A DNA stretch of 64,000 bases from Amoebidium appalachense (GCA_963693365.1 CAVNZM010000005.1:4719167-4783166); one strand, 5' to 3'; shown: positions 11,067-40,702, counted from the stretch's first letter. Notes: generated by a model not told the origin, from the sequence alone. Made by a program: numbers and translations.

Positions 11067-14000
11067 TTGTGGTTGGGGGAGGTTCCCCAGCCACAAGTGG
11101 ATGGTCTCAGTGTTTCTTGTCCCAACCCGGTGTTTGTTCTAACCACACCGGAGGGGGTTTCTGTGCCATTGTTTCCGGGAGGGGGGGGGACACACACGAG
11201 TAAAGGGGGAAGGGGGGGGAAGGCACAGACACGTAGAAACACACCACCACAACAACATACGACGGTTGCAGACACACCTACACCCACACACACACCCACA
11301 CATACACCAAACACACACACACCACCCACCCACACATCACACACACACACTCCACCACCACCCACACCACATACACACCCCACCCCACCCGTGCAGGCAC
11401 CACAGGTAGGTATGTTGCACGTAGGTATCGAGGGTGTGAGTCTTCGTGGGCAGGGATTGGGTGTGAGTGATGATGTGTTGCTTGAATTGGAGGAGGATTT
11501 AGTTGGTTTTAGCCGGCATTATATAGACGTATGGTTAGCTGATGGTAAGTTGAAGGCTGTTGCTTTGCTCGATGGAGGGGCTCAGGTTAATTGTGTGCAT
11601 GCTTCGTTTATTCGTCGTTTTAATCAGGCCGGGGGGGGAAATTCCTATTTTAGATGCTTCTAGCACAGCCTTAGGTAGTGCTAATAATAGTAGTATGTCT
11701 GTGGAAGGTGTTTGTGTGTTGCCGTGTGAGATAGGTGGCCAGGCTATGCATATTGCTTGTTATGTGGTTAAGGATTTAGCTCAAAGTGTTTTGTTGGGAG
11801 CCCCATTTTTCCGTAGACATGTGAATGCTTTGTTTGAACGTACGAATGTTTTAGAATTGCAGTCCGGCGTTAAAATTAAAACCCATGATGGGCTCGACGG
11901 TTATCAGTCTGGTGCTAGAACGGTAGCTGAAGTAGTAATCGAGCCTTATCAGTGCCAAACGGTACGTGTCCGGGCCGGCAATCATGTTAGGATAGGGGAA
12001 ATTTTAGGGGTTTTTACTCCGAAAACCCCATTTCAGGAGGTGGCCCAATGGACCCTTAGTAGGGTATGGCCGGATAAGACAATAGAAATAGAATTAGTGA
12101 ATCCGGGCATCGAGCCTAGTAGTGATTAGGTCAGGTGTTTCCGTCGGTAGTTTCACTAATGAGATTGGTAGTATAGAGGTCTCTCTTATTACCCAAAAGG
12201 AGGATGCCGGCTCGAAGGGTGACTCAGGAGGAGGGGGAACAACTTTATTTAACGTTAGCCACCAAAATGTCACCCGACACGATGGGGGGGGGGACCGGGA
12301 CAGCACCGGTCCCACTCCCCCGACCCCCAAGAGGAAGGAGGGTCACCCCGGGTGTGAGAATGTGCAGGCAGGGGGGGAGGGTGTTGGTCTAACCCGTGGA
12401 TCTGACGGGTTAACCAACACCGTGGGGGGCAGGGTGGCCACAGACCTGGCCCCCCACATACATGCACTAACTCATCAGGAATTGCCCGGGCATGGGTGTG
12501 CCGGGGGGAGGGGGGGGTGCTAAGGGTGACCGCCTATATCCGGAGGTACCTCCACCTCACCCCGAGCAGCACCGATGTAATACAGGAGGTGAAATGTTAA
12601 GTGGCACTCCGGTGAATAAGGATGCATCCACTTGTGATGGGGGTAACCCGGAGTTAGTATTGCCGTTTGGTATGAAGGAGGGGGATTGGACGGTAGAACA
12701 GAAAAAATTGCTAGCTAAGTTATTTGATAGGACTCGGTTTGCATTTCTGGCCGATGATAACGAAGTAGGCTTCGTTAAAGGGTTTGAAATGCAGATCGAC
12801 ACAGGTGATAATAGGCCGGTAGTGATGCCTAGCTATAGAATGGAGCAGTATAAATTGTCGGATGCGCTAATAATAGTGAGTGATATGTTAAAAAAGGGTC
12901 ATGTGGAGCATAGTTCGAGTCCGTGGAGAAGTCCGGTGCTATTGCCAAGTGGTTAAGAAGCCCGACGGGTCTTGGCGTCTAGTGAACGATTACAGGGCTC
13001 TGAATCGGATCACTAAGGCAGACCAATGGCCTCTCCCTAACATAGACGAGCAGCTTTCACAGCTGCACGGCTATACTCACTTTGCTAAACTTGATTTAAA
13101 AGCAGCTTTTTGGCAGATAAGGTTGGAGGAGAGCAGCAAGGAGAAGACTGCCTTTGCACTGGGTGACCAGCTGTTCCAGTACAAGGTGGTGCCGATGGGT
13201 TTGCTCTCCTCTCCAGCTATGTTGTGCCGGGTAATGTATAAAATTCTCCACCCTCATTTGGATGTATGCCACCCTTATTTGGATGATGTTTTAATTAAAG
13301 GTAGGTCATTTGAGGAGTTAGTTAATAATTGTGAAAAAGTATTTTTAGCTTTGGGTGAGTCTGGTCTTCGTATTAGCGGTAGCAAGACTGTGATTGGTGT
13401 GCCGGAGGTTAAGTTTTTAGGTCATATTGTGTCTAGTAATGGTCTTGCCCCTGATCCGGAGAAAATCCGGGCCATAGTTGAGTGGCCCCGTCCTCAGACT
13501 GTCACTCAACTAAGGCAATTTTTAGGTTTAACTAATTATCTTCGTCGTTATATTAAGGATTATAGTATGCTTGCTTTGCCGTTAACTAGTCAGACGGGGG
13601 GGGAGAAGAAGAATAGAATAGATTGGAATGTTGATGCTGTTTCTGCTTTCGAAAAGCTTAAGTTAGCTTTGCAGTCTTCGAGTATGCTTGTTCATCCTGA
13701 TTTTTCGGCCGGGGGGGGGATGTTTAAAGTTCGGTGTGATGCAAGTAAGGTTGCTGAGGGGGCCGTGTTATATCAAGTGCAGGAGGGGCAGGATAGAGTG
13801 ATTGCTTATGCTAGTCGTTCATTTAGTAAAAGTGAACGGAGATATAGCAATCCGGAGAGAGAGTCCCATGCTATCTTTTGGGCAGTCTCACAGGCATGGA
13901 GGTATATACTCGCAGGCAGGACGTTTGAGGTCTACACCGACCACAAGCCCTGCCTAGCCATGGCCGGCACCACTCGTCTGGTCAACGAGAGGATGCAGTT

Positions 14001-16065
14001 ATAGGAGAACTCACCGAGAGCCGCGGTGAGTTCTCCTATAAATTGTTTTATGCCAAGGGTGAAACAATGGTTGACTGTGATGCTCTCTCTCGTGCTGCTT
14101 ATATTTTGTTTGAAGAAGAGAAGGAGGGGGAGGGGGGGCTAGTGAGAGACGGGGGGGGGAGGGGGGAAGGGGGGGGGAGAGTGAGCAGAAAGGAATAGAT
14201 GCTGTGTCTGTTGATGTGTCTTCTTGGGCTCCGGGGTTGCTTGCTTATAAGTGTAGGGGAGGGGGGGGAGGTATTTGTCTGTGTCTGAGGTCGGGACCGA
14301 GTCTCATGGCTCGGCCCCTGCCTTAGCACCTACGGCTTTGATCTTAGCTCAGGAGGAAGATGTGTTGATTGGTCTGGTTAAGAATTATTTAAAGGGGCCG
14401 GTTGATTCGATTAAATTTAAAAATAAAAGGCAGATGATTAAGGTAGCTAAGTTAGCAAAAATGTGTCAGGTAGAGCAGGATTTAGTTTATCATTGTTCTG
14501 GGCCAGACGGACACCGAGTTTGGGTCCCGACGGCACTTGTGCCTGAGGTTTTGCATATGGTGCATGAGCATCCCATGGCTGGTCATTTAGGTGTAAATAG
14601 GACGTTGCTTCGTGTTAATCGTTCGTATTTTTGGCCGGGTATGAGTAGGGAGGTGAGGGATTATGTGTTGTCATGCATGCATTGTCAGGAAAGGAATGAG
14701 AGTCCCCACTCTCGTTCCCGCCCGTCGTTTATTAGGGATTTTAATGTTCGTATGTTTGAAAGGGTAGCAGTGGATGTGGTCGGTCCTTTTAATTCTACGG
14801 TTGAGGGTAACACTGTTCTTGTTACCGTCACCGATGTGGCCACTCGTTGGGTTGAAGTTTTTCCTCTCCCCACTGCTAATGCCGTTTTGTTTGCTCGTAT
14901 TTTTGTGGATGAAATTTGTCTTAGGTTTGGTTGTCCTCGTGTTTTGTTAACGGATAGGAGTCGTGTGTTTTTAAATCAGTTGGTGTCGGAGGTGTGTAAA
15001 ATTTTAAGGGTAGCTCATATCACTACGTCGGCATATCACCCTCAAGCAAATGCCATCTCTGAACGTGTGCATGCAGTGTTTCAGAAGTCCTTTGGCAAAA
15101 TGGTGGATGTGGAGGCTAATGATTGGGATCATATGTCTAGGTTTATTGCTCATTCGTATAATTCTACCCCTCATGCTGTGACTGGTTTTTCTCCGTTTTA
15201 TTTGGTCTATGGGCAGGAGGCTATTAGTTTGTTAGATACGGCACTTTTGCCGATGGGGGGGGCTGACCGACTAACTTATCCCCACTGGACGGAGTTCCGG
15301 GAGCAGCTACTAACCCGGGCCCGGGCTGCACGTGATGCAGCTCTGGCCCGTACACAGCAGGCACAAACACGTGCAGACGTGTCCACACGTCCGTTACGTG
15401 AATTTGCCGAGGGTACTTTAGTTTTAATTAGGGATCATACTAGGAAAAAGAGATATAAGCAGGAGCAGGAAGGTAAGGGTGAAGGTGAAGGTCTTCGTAA
15501 GTATGGTAAGAAATGGTTGCCTCTTTTCATTGGCCCGTATAAAATAGTGGCTAGGTTAGGTCCGACGGAATATAAGGTGCAGAGGTTAGATAATGAGAGT
15601 GATGTTAGATTTTATAATGTAGATGATATAAAGGAATATTATGATAGGGCCCTTAGGGTTAAACGGCCGGAGGGCCGTCGAGTGTTAGATGCATTCACCC
15701 CCGACTATGACGGGTCGGTAGATGTATCGGAGGCTGCAGTAGATAAAATTATGGATAAAAAGGTTATCGAAGGTAAGGAAGGTAAGGTAAATTATTATTT
15801 GATTCGTTTTGAGGGAGGTTATCAGGAAGATCAGTGGTTGCCTGAGTTTCATTTGGATTGCCCGTTTTCTATTCGTGCTTATGAGGCTAGATTAGTGCAG
15901 AGGGAGTTGCCTAGTGCTCCCTCTCGGCCAAAGAGAGTTATTCCTCAGTTTAATCGTGGTGTGAAAAAGTCGGTGGGGGAGGGGGCCGGGGGGGGGAGTG
16001 ATGCAAATACACGTAGACACACGGGGGGAGGGGGAGGGAGGGGAGGAGACCGAGGAGGAGTGTGA
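11067..16065 (+). pseudogene. Pol: aspartic protease, RT, RNase H, integrase and chromodomain, with several frameshifts
   Basis: Protease ALLDGGAQVN; RT SPWRSPV, WRLVNDYRALN, LDLKAAFWQI and YLDD; RNase H CDAS and YTDHKP; integrase H-H-C-C, VAVDVVGP, TDRS and ERVH; GPY motif; chromodomain VDKIMDKK...YYLIRFEG...QWLPE. Breaks near 11640, 12120, 12510, 12950 and 14000-14280. Confidence 0.93.
13999..14041. repeat. Perfect inverted repeat with 18-bp arms and a 7-nt spacer, inside pol
   Basis: TTATAGGAGAACTCACCG-agagccg-CGGTGAGTTCTCCTATAA. The left arm supplies the TAG that ends ORF 12901-14004. Confidence 0.95.
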
Positions 16066-16248
16066 ACGTAGTCGTAGGAATTTAATTTATTATCATAGGT
16101 GTCTCCGTAGGTATCAAGCTTATGGTGTAGATTAATTTATTATTTTTCTTCGTAATTTATTTATTTAATTTTTTTAGGAGACTGATTAGTCTATGTCTTT
16201 TTAGGGGGTGTTAGATGTAATGTGACTGAGGTGGGACTCAGCTTTTCC

Positions 16249-16264
16249 GGGGGCCGGGGGGGAG
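16249..16264 (+). promoter_or_regulatory. Polypurine tract
   Basis: GGGGGCCGGGGGGGAG lies one base before the TG of the 3' LTR. Confidence 0.75.
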
Positions 16265-16265
16265 T

Positions 16266-16981
16266 TGACATATACTAATCCGTCTCAGCAGATCAGCCTA
16301 AGTCTACGATCGAGATCGGGGGGGGGGGGGGGGGGGGGGGTGGCCCGGGTCCACAGATCATCAAGATCAAGTCCGGGGCCTCAAGATAGCTGTACAGCTG
16401 CGCGCATCTTGCCTCTGCCGGCGCAGGGCATTGGACCACGTCAGCCGGGACAGCCGTCCAATAGAATTCTAATTAGTGTGTAGGATAGATCGTAGGAGGA
16501 CTTAGGAATGTGATTGTTCGGGCAGAAGCCCTTTTGTAAGTATTGGCAAGGTTAGATAGTGTATGTTGCCAAACGTATTTATATATGTAGATGTAGAGGA
16601 AAGGGGGGGAGGGAGGGGGGGGGAGGATAGTATGAAATGTAGATTTAGACTCTGCGGTGCCACTAGGGGGAGGGTGAGGGGTGAGACTTGGATAAATATA
16701 TTAGTTGAGTAGATCGACTTAGCTCGTGCAGGCGCACGATAAAAGTAGATCGGAATGTTAATGGAATGTGGCATCGTAGGGGGCCAGGTGATGATGATCT
16801 TTGAGGGCACGGCCTGGATGGCCTCAGTCGTAACTTAGACTCATTCCGTACGGATCTAAGTTTGCCCGTCGGAGCCTGGTCTGAATAAACTTTACCGTTT
16901 TTCCGTACACGTTCGTTCCTTTTCGTGTGTGTACACTTAGTAGAGTGCCGCGTCTCTAGTACACACTATTAGGATACGACA
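16266..16981 (+). repeat. 3' LTR (716 bp)
   Basis: Ends TGACATATACTAAT...ATTAGGATACGACA form an imperfect 14-bp terminal inverted repeat (11/14). Contains AATAAA and a U5 hairpin GTGTGTAC...GTACACAC. Followed by AGACC. Confidence 0.95.
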
Positions 16982-19452
16982 AGACCAGTGAGAAACATAC
17001 AACAAGTTGTGTAGTGGAAATCATCTATTGATTTGAGGACATTAGTAACAGTATCAGGGGGTGCCATAGCTAGTAAGGGCAACCCGTATTCAGACAAAGG
17101 GCGAATATATGTGCGAAATATACTAAGACGATTGTATAGGTGGACAGTATGAGAAAGAGTAGCAAGATACACATCCCGAAATAACCGAAGACACCTGCCT
17201 GCACTCTCCACCCGACGGTCGATCATCCGTTTGAAACATATGCCCCATTCGTCCACCGGAATCCCCAAATACTTGTATTCGATTGGGCGAGGGAGGGGAC
17301 TGCCGAAAATACAAACGTCGTCCCATGCCGGTATCGATTTTGATAAAAGGGCACACTTTTTGACATTAATCTGCATATCGTTGAGCTGGCACCAATGTTC
17401 AACCACACGAATGTATTGCCGTAGTTCGAGAGGATCGGATGACATAAGCACAATATCGTCGGCAAAAAAGAGGGCGGGGGGAGCCTGGGATGGCAACCCC
17501 CCGTCAATTTGTGCCGCAGAAAGAGTGTCGGCTAAATCATCAATATACAGGTTGAAAAGAAGAGGACTTAGCAGGGACCCTTGAAGTACCCCGCGCGTGC
17601 GGGTAAACCAGTGGGGATAGCCGCCCATTAACCACCGCTCGTCCGCGTGTAAACGTAAACATAGCTTCCAGTAGCCGACCCATTTGTAATGGGACACCGC
17701 GAGTGGCCAACTTGGCCCACAGGCGAGGGAGATCGACCGTGTCGTACGCGTTCTTAAAATCGATAAATACGAGGTGCTCGGTATCACTTTGAGTTGCATT
17801 ATGTAGAGTGAGGATTTGTGCGTAACATGAGTGTCGATGCCGAAACGCCGCCTGAAGAGGGCTCAGCTGGGAAGCCTGCTTAAGGGTGGGGTTACGGGAA
17901 AAGGCCTGTAAAAGGCCACTTTCGAATAATCGGCGAAAAACGGACGTAAGGGTGATAGGGCGAAATTCGTGGATGGGACCCTGTGCAACCGTTTTCTTGA
18001 TGGGAAACACTAAGGTGGCTAGCCACTCCGAGGGCACTTTACCGACATCAGAATACCAGCTAAACAACTCGCTAAGAATACATGTAAGTGGTGGCGGCGG
18101 GCCACGCTTTTCGTCTTTCTCGGGTCGGGGTGGGATGAGTACCTTAAGTAGTGCCATAGGGATGCCGTCCGGCCCGCACGCTTTGCGGGACGGGTAACGG
18201 GAGCCTGACTAACTGCCATACTGCATCTGGGGTAAAAAGTTCCCCCAATTCAGCCCCAAACTCAGCCGGCCCCGCTGGCCACGCCGTGTGTGGTGGTGGT
18301 GGTGTGTCGGAGGGTGGAACAAAAACAGGAGGGGGCGCCTGCCCCAGGTCCGTGGCCGTACATGTCGGGTTACGTTTAAACTGGCAGGGTGCCGTAAAAG
18401 GAATCGGTTGCAGATTCCGGGTCGGATGACGGGTCGGCCGTTATTCGAATCGAATGATCGCCGCGATCAATCTTCCGAATATTACCCAATAGCATGTGAT
18501 ACGGTAGAGGCTTACGTAAGGCAGCCTCCGCTCGAGGGCCGCGAGTGTGTGTAGTTCGTGCTTGTGGGTAAACTTGGGCACCTAAACAGGCATATTCACC
18601 TATGTCCCACAAGGTTTCTCGTACTGTAGACCAGACGCTATCGATGAAGGTCTGGTCGGTGCGTAGCGGGGTTTGATCATCACGCACAAGCGCTAATAGA
18701 CTCGATTGCACCGTCTGGAAAAAGAAGCGAGTGTCTGCTTGGCCGCGCTGGCTTTTAAGTTCGCGTACGTTAAGTCTGTAAGTGTGTTGTGGTGACGGCG
18801 TAGAAAGGCTAAGTGTAGTGCGAAAGACTATAGGTAGGTGGTCTGACGGTGGGGGGTGTAGGTTGTGGTGTATGTGTAAGGTGCAAGGACCAGAGGCTGC
18901 CCCCCAGTCCGTGCGGTGTTCTTGTACTACAGATGGAAGAGTAAGGCGTAAGGCTGTAACAAAAGTGTGAAAGGTTGGCGTGCGTGGGTGGTTGGGTTTA
19001 AGTAGGGCCTGTGGGTGGCCGTGTAGGGGGTGTGGGGTGGTAATTAGCGGGCTATTAAAGTCTCCTAACACTAGTGTGGGGTTATGTGGGGCGATGGTGT
19101 TAAGTTCGTGTTTAAGTGCTAGCAGTGGAAGGCTAGGTGGAAAATAAACAAAAGTGCATATATGGCCACAAACTGAGATGGTGAGTGTGTGTATTGTACG
19201 TGCTATAACTGAAGTTCAACAGTGGTTAACAAAGTGGGAGGCGGCGATGAACACTATGCCGGAGTGAGGCTTGTGGCCCACAGGCTGAGTAGACTCGCCC
19301 ACGAGCCGTCCAGACCGATGAAGTGTGGCGTGGTCTCGCCACCACGTTTCTGCGACAACAATAAACGGGAACTCCTGTTGGGATAACGAAAGAAGAAACT
19401 GTGCTTTACTCTTATTTAGACTACGAGCATTCCAGAAAAGAAAGGAGAGCAT
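16982..19452 (-). pseudogene. LINE ORF2: APE endonuclease + reverse transcriptase, frameshifted
   Basis: Endonuclease FLFWNARSL, VAETW, LGDFN and SDHLPI; RT FRPITLTSVFRRLFE, FIDFKNAYD, GVLQGSLLSPLLFN, FADD and YKYLG. Confidence 0.92.
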
Positions 19453-19454
19453 GC

Positions 19455-20605
19455 TTACTGGGAGTTGGCTGGTGTGGCGGTGGGGTCGTAGGGCTTGCTG
19501 AAGACCTGCACGTGCTGAGCCTCCCAGTAGGCACGCACCTCAGCTGCTGTTTTGGCCCGGCTGTCGTGTGCCGGGTAAAGTGTGGCTGCCTTGACAGCCC
19601 ATGCGTGGGCGTTGGCCATTCTTGCAAGCACCCGGCGTTGCCAAGAGGCCCGGGCAGCGGCCTCTGCATCAGCACGGTTAAGTGTGGTGTTGTACTGAGC
19701 CATAGGATCGAAGTCTGTGAGAAAGGTGGCGTCGGTAGCACGTTGGATGATGTTTATGAGGGTATCACAGTAACCGGCACGCACAATGAACACTGCCTAG
19801 TGTAGCGACGGCCAATGAAGAGCATGTCGGGAATCATTCCGTTGAGGACACCGAGGGTGTAAAGACGGTCACGCATGGTGCTGATGTTGGCCGGCACCAT
19901 GGTGAAGGCTGTAGTGGTCAACTCGGACTCGTCGGTACCCTGAGGGGCAGGGTCAGACGCCACCCGAGGGCGGCGGGTTGGGTGCAGTGCTGACGCTGCG
20001 GCAAGGGCTGCCAAAGCCTGGGTAGCCCCGTGGGTCTGGGCCACCGACTCGGCATACGTTTTGACTTTCTCGGACACGTACACGGTCTTGGCGTCCACCG
20101 TAGTGCGGTACACCTTAGGATTCGTTGTGGGTATGAACTTGGGAGACCCCGGGGGGGTGGGTAACCCATTGGGGGCTGCCTGTGCTGCAGGGGCCCGGCC
20201 CGCGTGGGCAGGGCCGGTGGGGGTTGCCTGGTCAGCTTCCAGCTGCCGTAAGCGCGTCTCCATTTGCTGAACAAGGAGGTCTGTGTGGTCCTGTTTGGCT
20301 TTATACTCAGCTACTTGGGTTGTTAAGTCGGAGACTTGGGTGCGGAGCTGCTCATGATGCGCCATAAGTTTGAGCACGGATTTCCTAGCCTTCTCGGGTA
20401 TCAAGTGCAGTTGTTCTTTCGTAATAAAACTACTTGCTGGCGGCACGGCCGGTGGCGCTTTAACCTCGGGAAAGGGAACCTGTTCCGCTCGGCTCTGTTT
20501 AGTTAGCCTCTTATCTGGGGATTCTCCTTCCCGTGTATCACGTTTGCGGCTCCCAGGCGGTGTCCCAGGAGGGTCCGGGGACAAGGATGCGTACTGAGAC
20601 GCCAT
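19455..20605 (-). pseudogene. LINE ORF1 (coiled-coil protein), one frameshift near 19790
   Basis: ORFs of 283 aa and 112 aa overlap in different frames. Heptad-like stretch LMAHHEQLRTQVSDLTTQVAEYK. The stop TAA lies 2 nt before the ORF2 ATG. Confidence 0.75.
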
Positions 20606-20632
20606 GGGTGGGTTCTAGCTGCCCCTCAAGGG

Positions 20633-20830
20633 GCCTAAGTAGAGGTGGATGCCTAAGTAAAGGCGGATGCCTAAGTAGAGAAAGTAAAAGAAGAAAAAAA
20701 AAAAAAAAAAAAAAACGGGTGAAAGAAAAAAACGTGTGAAAGAAAAAAACGTGTGAAAGAAAAAAAACGTGTGAAAGAAAAAAATGTGAAAGAAAAAAAA
20801 CGTGAAAGAAAAAAAACGTGAAAGAAAAAA
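20633..20830. repeat. Tandem repeats in the LINE 5' UTR
   Basis: GCCTAAGTARAGGYGGAT about 2.7 times (20633-20680), an A tract, then about 7 copies of A(6-8)CGTG(TG)AAAG (20708-20830). Confidence 0.85.
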
Positions 20831-21939
20831 TTGCGTGACTTGGAGCGGCAAGAGGCAAGGTTTCAAGTAGGGTTACTCAAGGCTTATAGAAGAACAATGG
20901 GCTCTGGTTGGTACATTAAAACTGACATTTTTAGCAAATATTTTTAGTTGACTGCCTTACTTGTGCCATGTTGACTGCAATCCCTGTTTAAAATTTCTAC
21001 AGAAAGGAGAGCGAGCGAGATTTTTTTCACCAATTCTGAGCTCGCAATGCTATAGCAAAACATGATCAATCTGATCATGACCTAGAGCTAGAATTAATCG
21101 AAAAATAAGGAGAAATAGTAAAAACGTATAGAGTACCTCAATATTTGTAGTTTACTTTGAAGTATAATGTTTGCTTGTTATTTTTTTGTGTTTCTTGAAA
21201 TTCCTGTTTGCGGTTTTTTATGTCTCACGTGTTTTTGGTAGTACCAGATCTAGTATTGTTTATTACAGGCAGCTGTCAGCAGATCAGTCTGATCAAACAT
21301 TTTGCACCAGTCCCCGTCATTGCGGATCTGATTGGTGTGGACAGCTTACGTCACTGTGCTCAGGTTTCAAGTTCTCAGTCAAGATTCCAAAAGGCTTGTT
21401 ATACATTTGTATTTATTGTAGCTGCCACGTCTCCCTATCAGAAGAGCGAGAGAGAGCCTTGATGCCGCTGTGTTACAAAAGTGTCAAGCTTCATTTTCTC
21501 AGAGCCGAGCTGCCTGGGAATTGAGGTTCCAACGTTTGAGTAACACTCCCAGTTGCAAGGCATGCGCATGTAGACACCCAGAACACGATCTCCTGGAACC
21601 TGTTTGCGGCACACACAAAAGAAAATTGTCCGCGCGCAAGCTGTCACACCCCCGGAACTGCCCTCAAGTTAACAACTCCATTAACGTTCGTCTTCAACTG
21701 AAGAATACGTGTCAGTGATACATGTGTACACGGTTTAACGTTACCGTAGCCTAAAAAACTTAACAAAAACTTTAAGTTATAAGCCATTATTATACTAATT
21801 AATTCAGTGACCGTCTGCAGCTTTAAATTTCCAGCTTTCCTTATTAGTAGCCCGAAGTTGAATTGAAAAAACCAAAAAGCACGTAGGTCTTTTCCCAAGC
21901 TTGGTGGGGTTTTTTCTTGCTTCTTTAATTTTCGGTTTC

Positions 21940-21980
<41 letters not shown>

Positions 21981-22079
21981 AGGCTCAACCCGGCCCCCGC
22001 CCCCTCCACTAGCCCTCCCTCCCCTTTCTCTAGGAACCCCTAGCACACACACGCACACATACAAGACTCTCCCTACCAT

Positions 22080-22110
<31 letters not shown>

Positions 22111-22492
22111 TTCCCCGGGACCTCCTGCTCCTGGACGACCGGTACGATGACCCCTTCTTGTTTTAACACTCCTTCTTCTAGATCTTTTCAACATCAAGGG
22201 CACTCAGTGTGCGGAAACATGAATAAAAGGGTTCAACCTAGTGTTTTTTTCATTTCAAACGCACCGAGACCACCTAAATGTTGAAGAATTTCTTGGAAGG
22301 CTTCGAATAGAATTTTACCCGGTTAGGCTACGTATTTGTACATGCATGCACTCGTAACGAACACGGACAGTGGTTTGAAAGACGGGTGATCCAAGCCCCA
22401 GGTTAGCATTCACCAACTTGTATTTTATTAATTTCTAACACCATCCCTTTTTCCCCACCCCAGGCCAACACCATGCACGGAGTCTATCGCCC

Positions 22493-39325
<16,833 letters not shown>

Positions 39326-40053
39326 TGTGGCCAGCACCTATCTGCAACGTACAAGGCACTGGTCAGATGTGCATCCAGAAAAGACCAAGCAAGAAATCCG
39401 TTTTTTTTTTTTTTGGTATATGGGTACAGGTGGTCGTGATTCCTGTGCCTGTGGATATTGGGTGGGTGGGTGGGTGTGGGAGGGCCCCCCGGGGGAAGGG
39501 GGGGGGAGGGGGGGAGGGGGGGGGGGGGGGAGGGGGGGAGGGGGAAGGGGGGGAGTATCCCGGTTTGGAAGTGGGAGGAGGCAGCACGGTGCATGACCAG
39601 GTTCAACTTGGTTTGATGGTAGAGTTAGGCGAGTGATTTACACATGGGCAAGGTGTAGGTGAGTAGGTTTGTGTGTGTATGCTCGTGGCTGTGGTTTGGA
39701 TGAACTGGACGTGTATCAGCGGGGATGGAAGGCCCAGGGGAGTGGGCGGCCAAGGGCATGCAGAAAATGTGAAGGGTGGTGGTGGGGCAAGGGGGGAGGG
39801 GGTGGGGGGAAGGGGGGGGGGGGGGGGGGTACAAGGGGGAAAGAGGGGGAGCAGGAGGAGACGTGAAAGGGGCTGTGTGTGTTTGTGTGTGTGGAGGGGG
39901 AGGGGGGAGGGGGGGGGGGGGGGGGTGCAGGATTATGGATAGGTACTCAGGCTTTCTCAGTATCATTTTCATTTCTTTTGCTTTTTTCTGTTTCTGTTTC
40001 TTTTTCTTTTTCTTTTTATTCTTATTTTTTCTTTTTATTTTTTATTTTTTATT

Positions 40054-40084
<31 letters not shown>

Positions 40085-40487
40085 GGGGGACGTTGAAAAT
40101 TTAAAAAAGTTGCACTGTTGTGAACAACATGCAGCCTCAAGCATTCAATATGTGCATATTGTGCTTGGCGGGCATGGCACTGAATGTATATTTGTATCCT
40201 TAGACTTTGTTTTTTTTGTCTTATTGGCATTACGCATGAGAAATTCGCAAAAACTTCGAGGATGCGTAGCCCAAATTCGGTTCGAACTTCCAAAAATTTA
40301 TATGTATAGAAACAAATACCACTAGCAAAAATAAATCTCTTTTGTTGACTTAAGGAGCAATGCCTTCACAAGCCTCGGATAGTCTGTTGCCTGTTTGCAG
40401 ACAAGCTAAACTGCGCGCATGCTCACCTTGGGTGTTTGTGTGTGTGTGTGTGCGTGCGTGCGTGCGTGTGTGCGTGTGTGTGCGCGC

Positions 40488-40551
<64 letters not shown>

Positions 40552-40666
40552 ACGCATGCGCGCACGCCCGTGCGTGCGGCATGCGTGTGTGCATGTATGC
40601 TGTATGTGTTTGTGTATGTGAATGCGTGCGTGTGTTCTTATGTGTGCGTGCCCGGCCCGCCCTCCC

Positions 40667-40702
<36 letters not shown>

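Larger units (their letters stand above)
6828..16981 (+). mobile_element. Ty3/gypsy chromovirus LTR retrotransposon, rearranged and inactivated
   Basis: LTRs, 5-bp TSD AGACC, domain order gag-PR-RT-RH-IN-chromodomain and a polypurine tract. Confidence 0.95.
5926..20860 (-). mobile_element. Near full-length LINE (APE endonuclease + RT), interrupted by an LTR element
   Basis: ORF1 spans 20605-19455. ORF2 runs from 19452 to about 6074 once the insertion is removed. There is an AATAAA on the minus strand at ~5926-5931 and a repeat-rich 5' UTR. Both ends are approximate; no poly(A) tail or TSD was recognised. Confidence 0.85.

Noticed and set aside
20633-20830. Regularly spaced repeats that might suggest a CRISPR array
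   Set aside because: No unique spacers and no cas genes; eukaryotic context inside a LINE 5' UTR.
20866-20876. TAGGGTTA near the LINE 5' end as evidence of telomere targeting
   Set aside because: Only one partial repeat unit, with no array or matching TSD.
4087-21826. Possible TTAA-flanked Kolobok-like element enclosing the cluster (TTAA-AGCAAC...GCAGCT-TTAA)
   Set aside because: Terminal similarity is only a few bases and there is no matching transposase.
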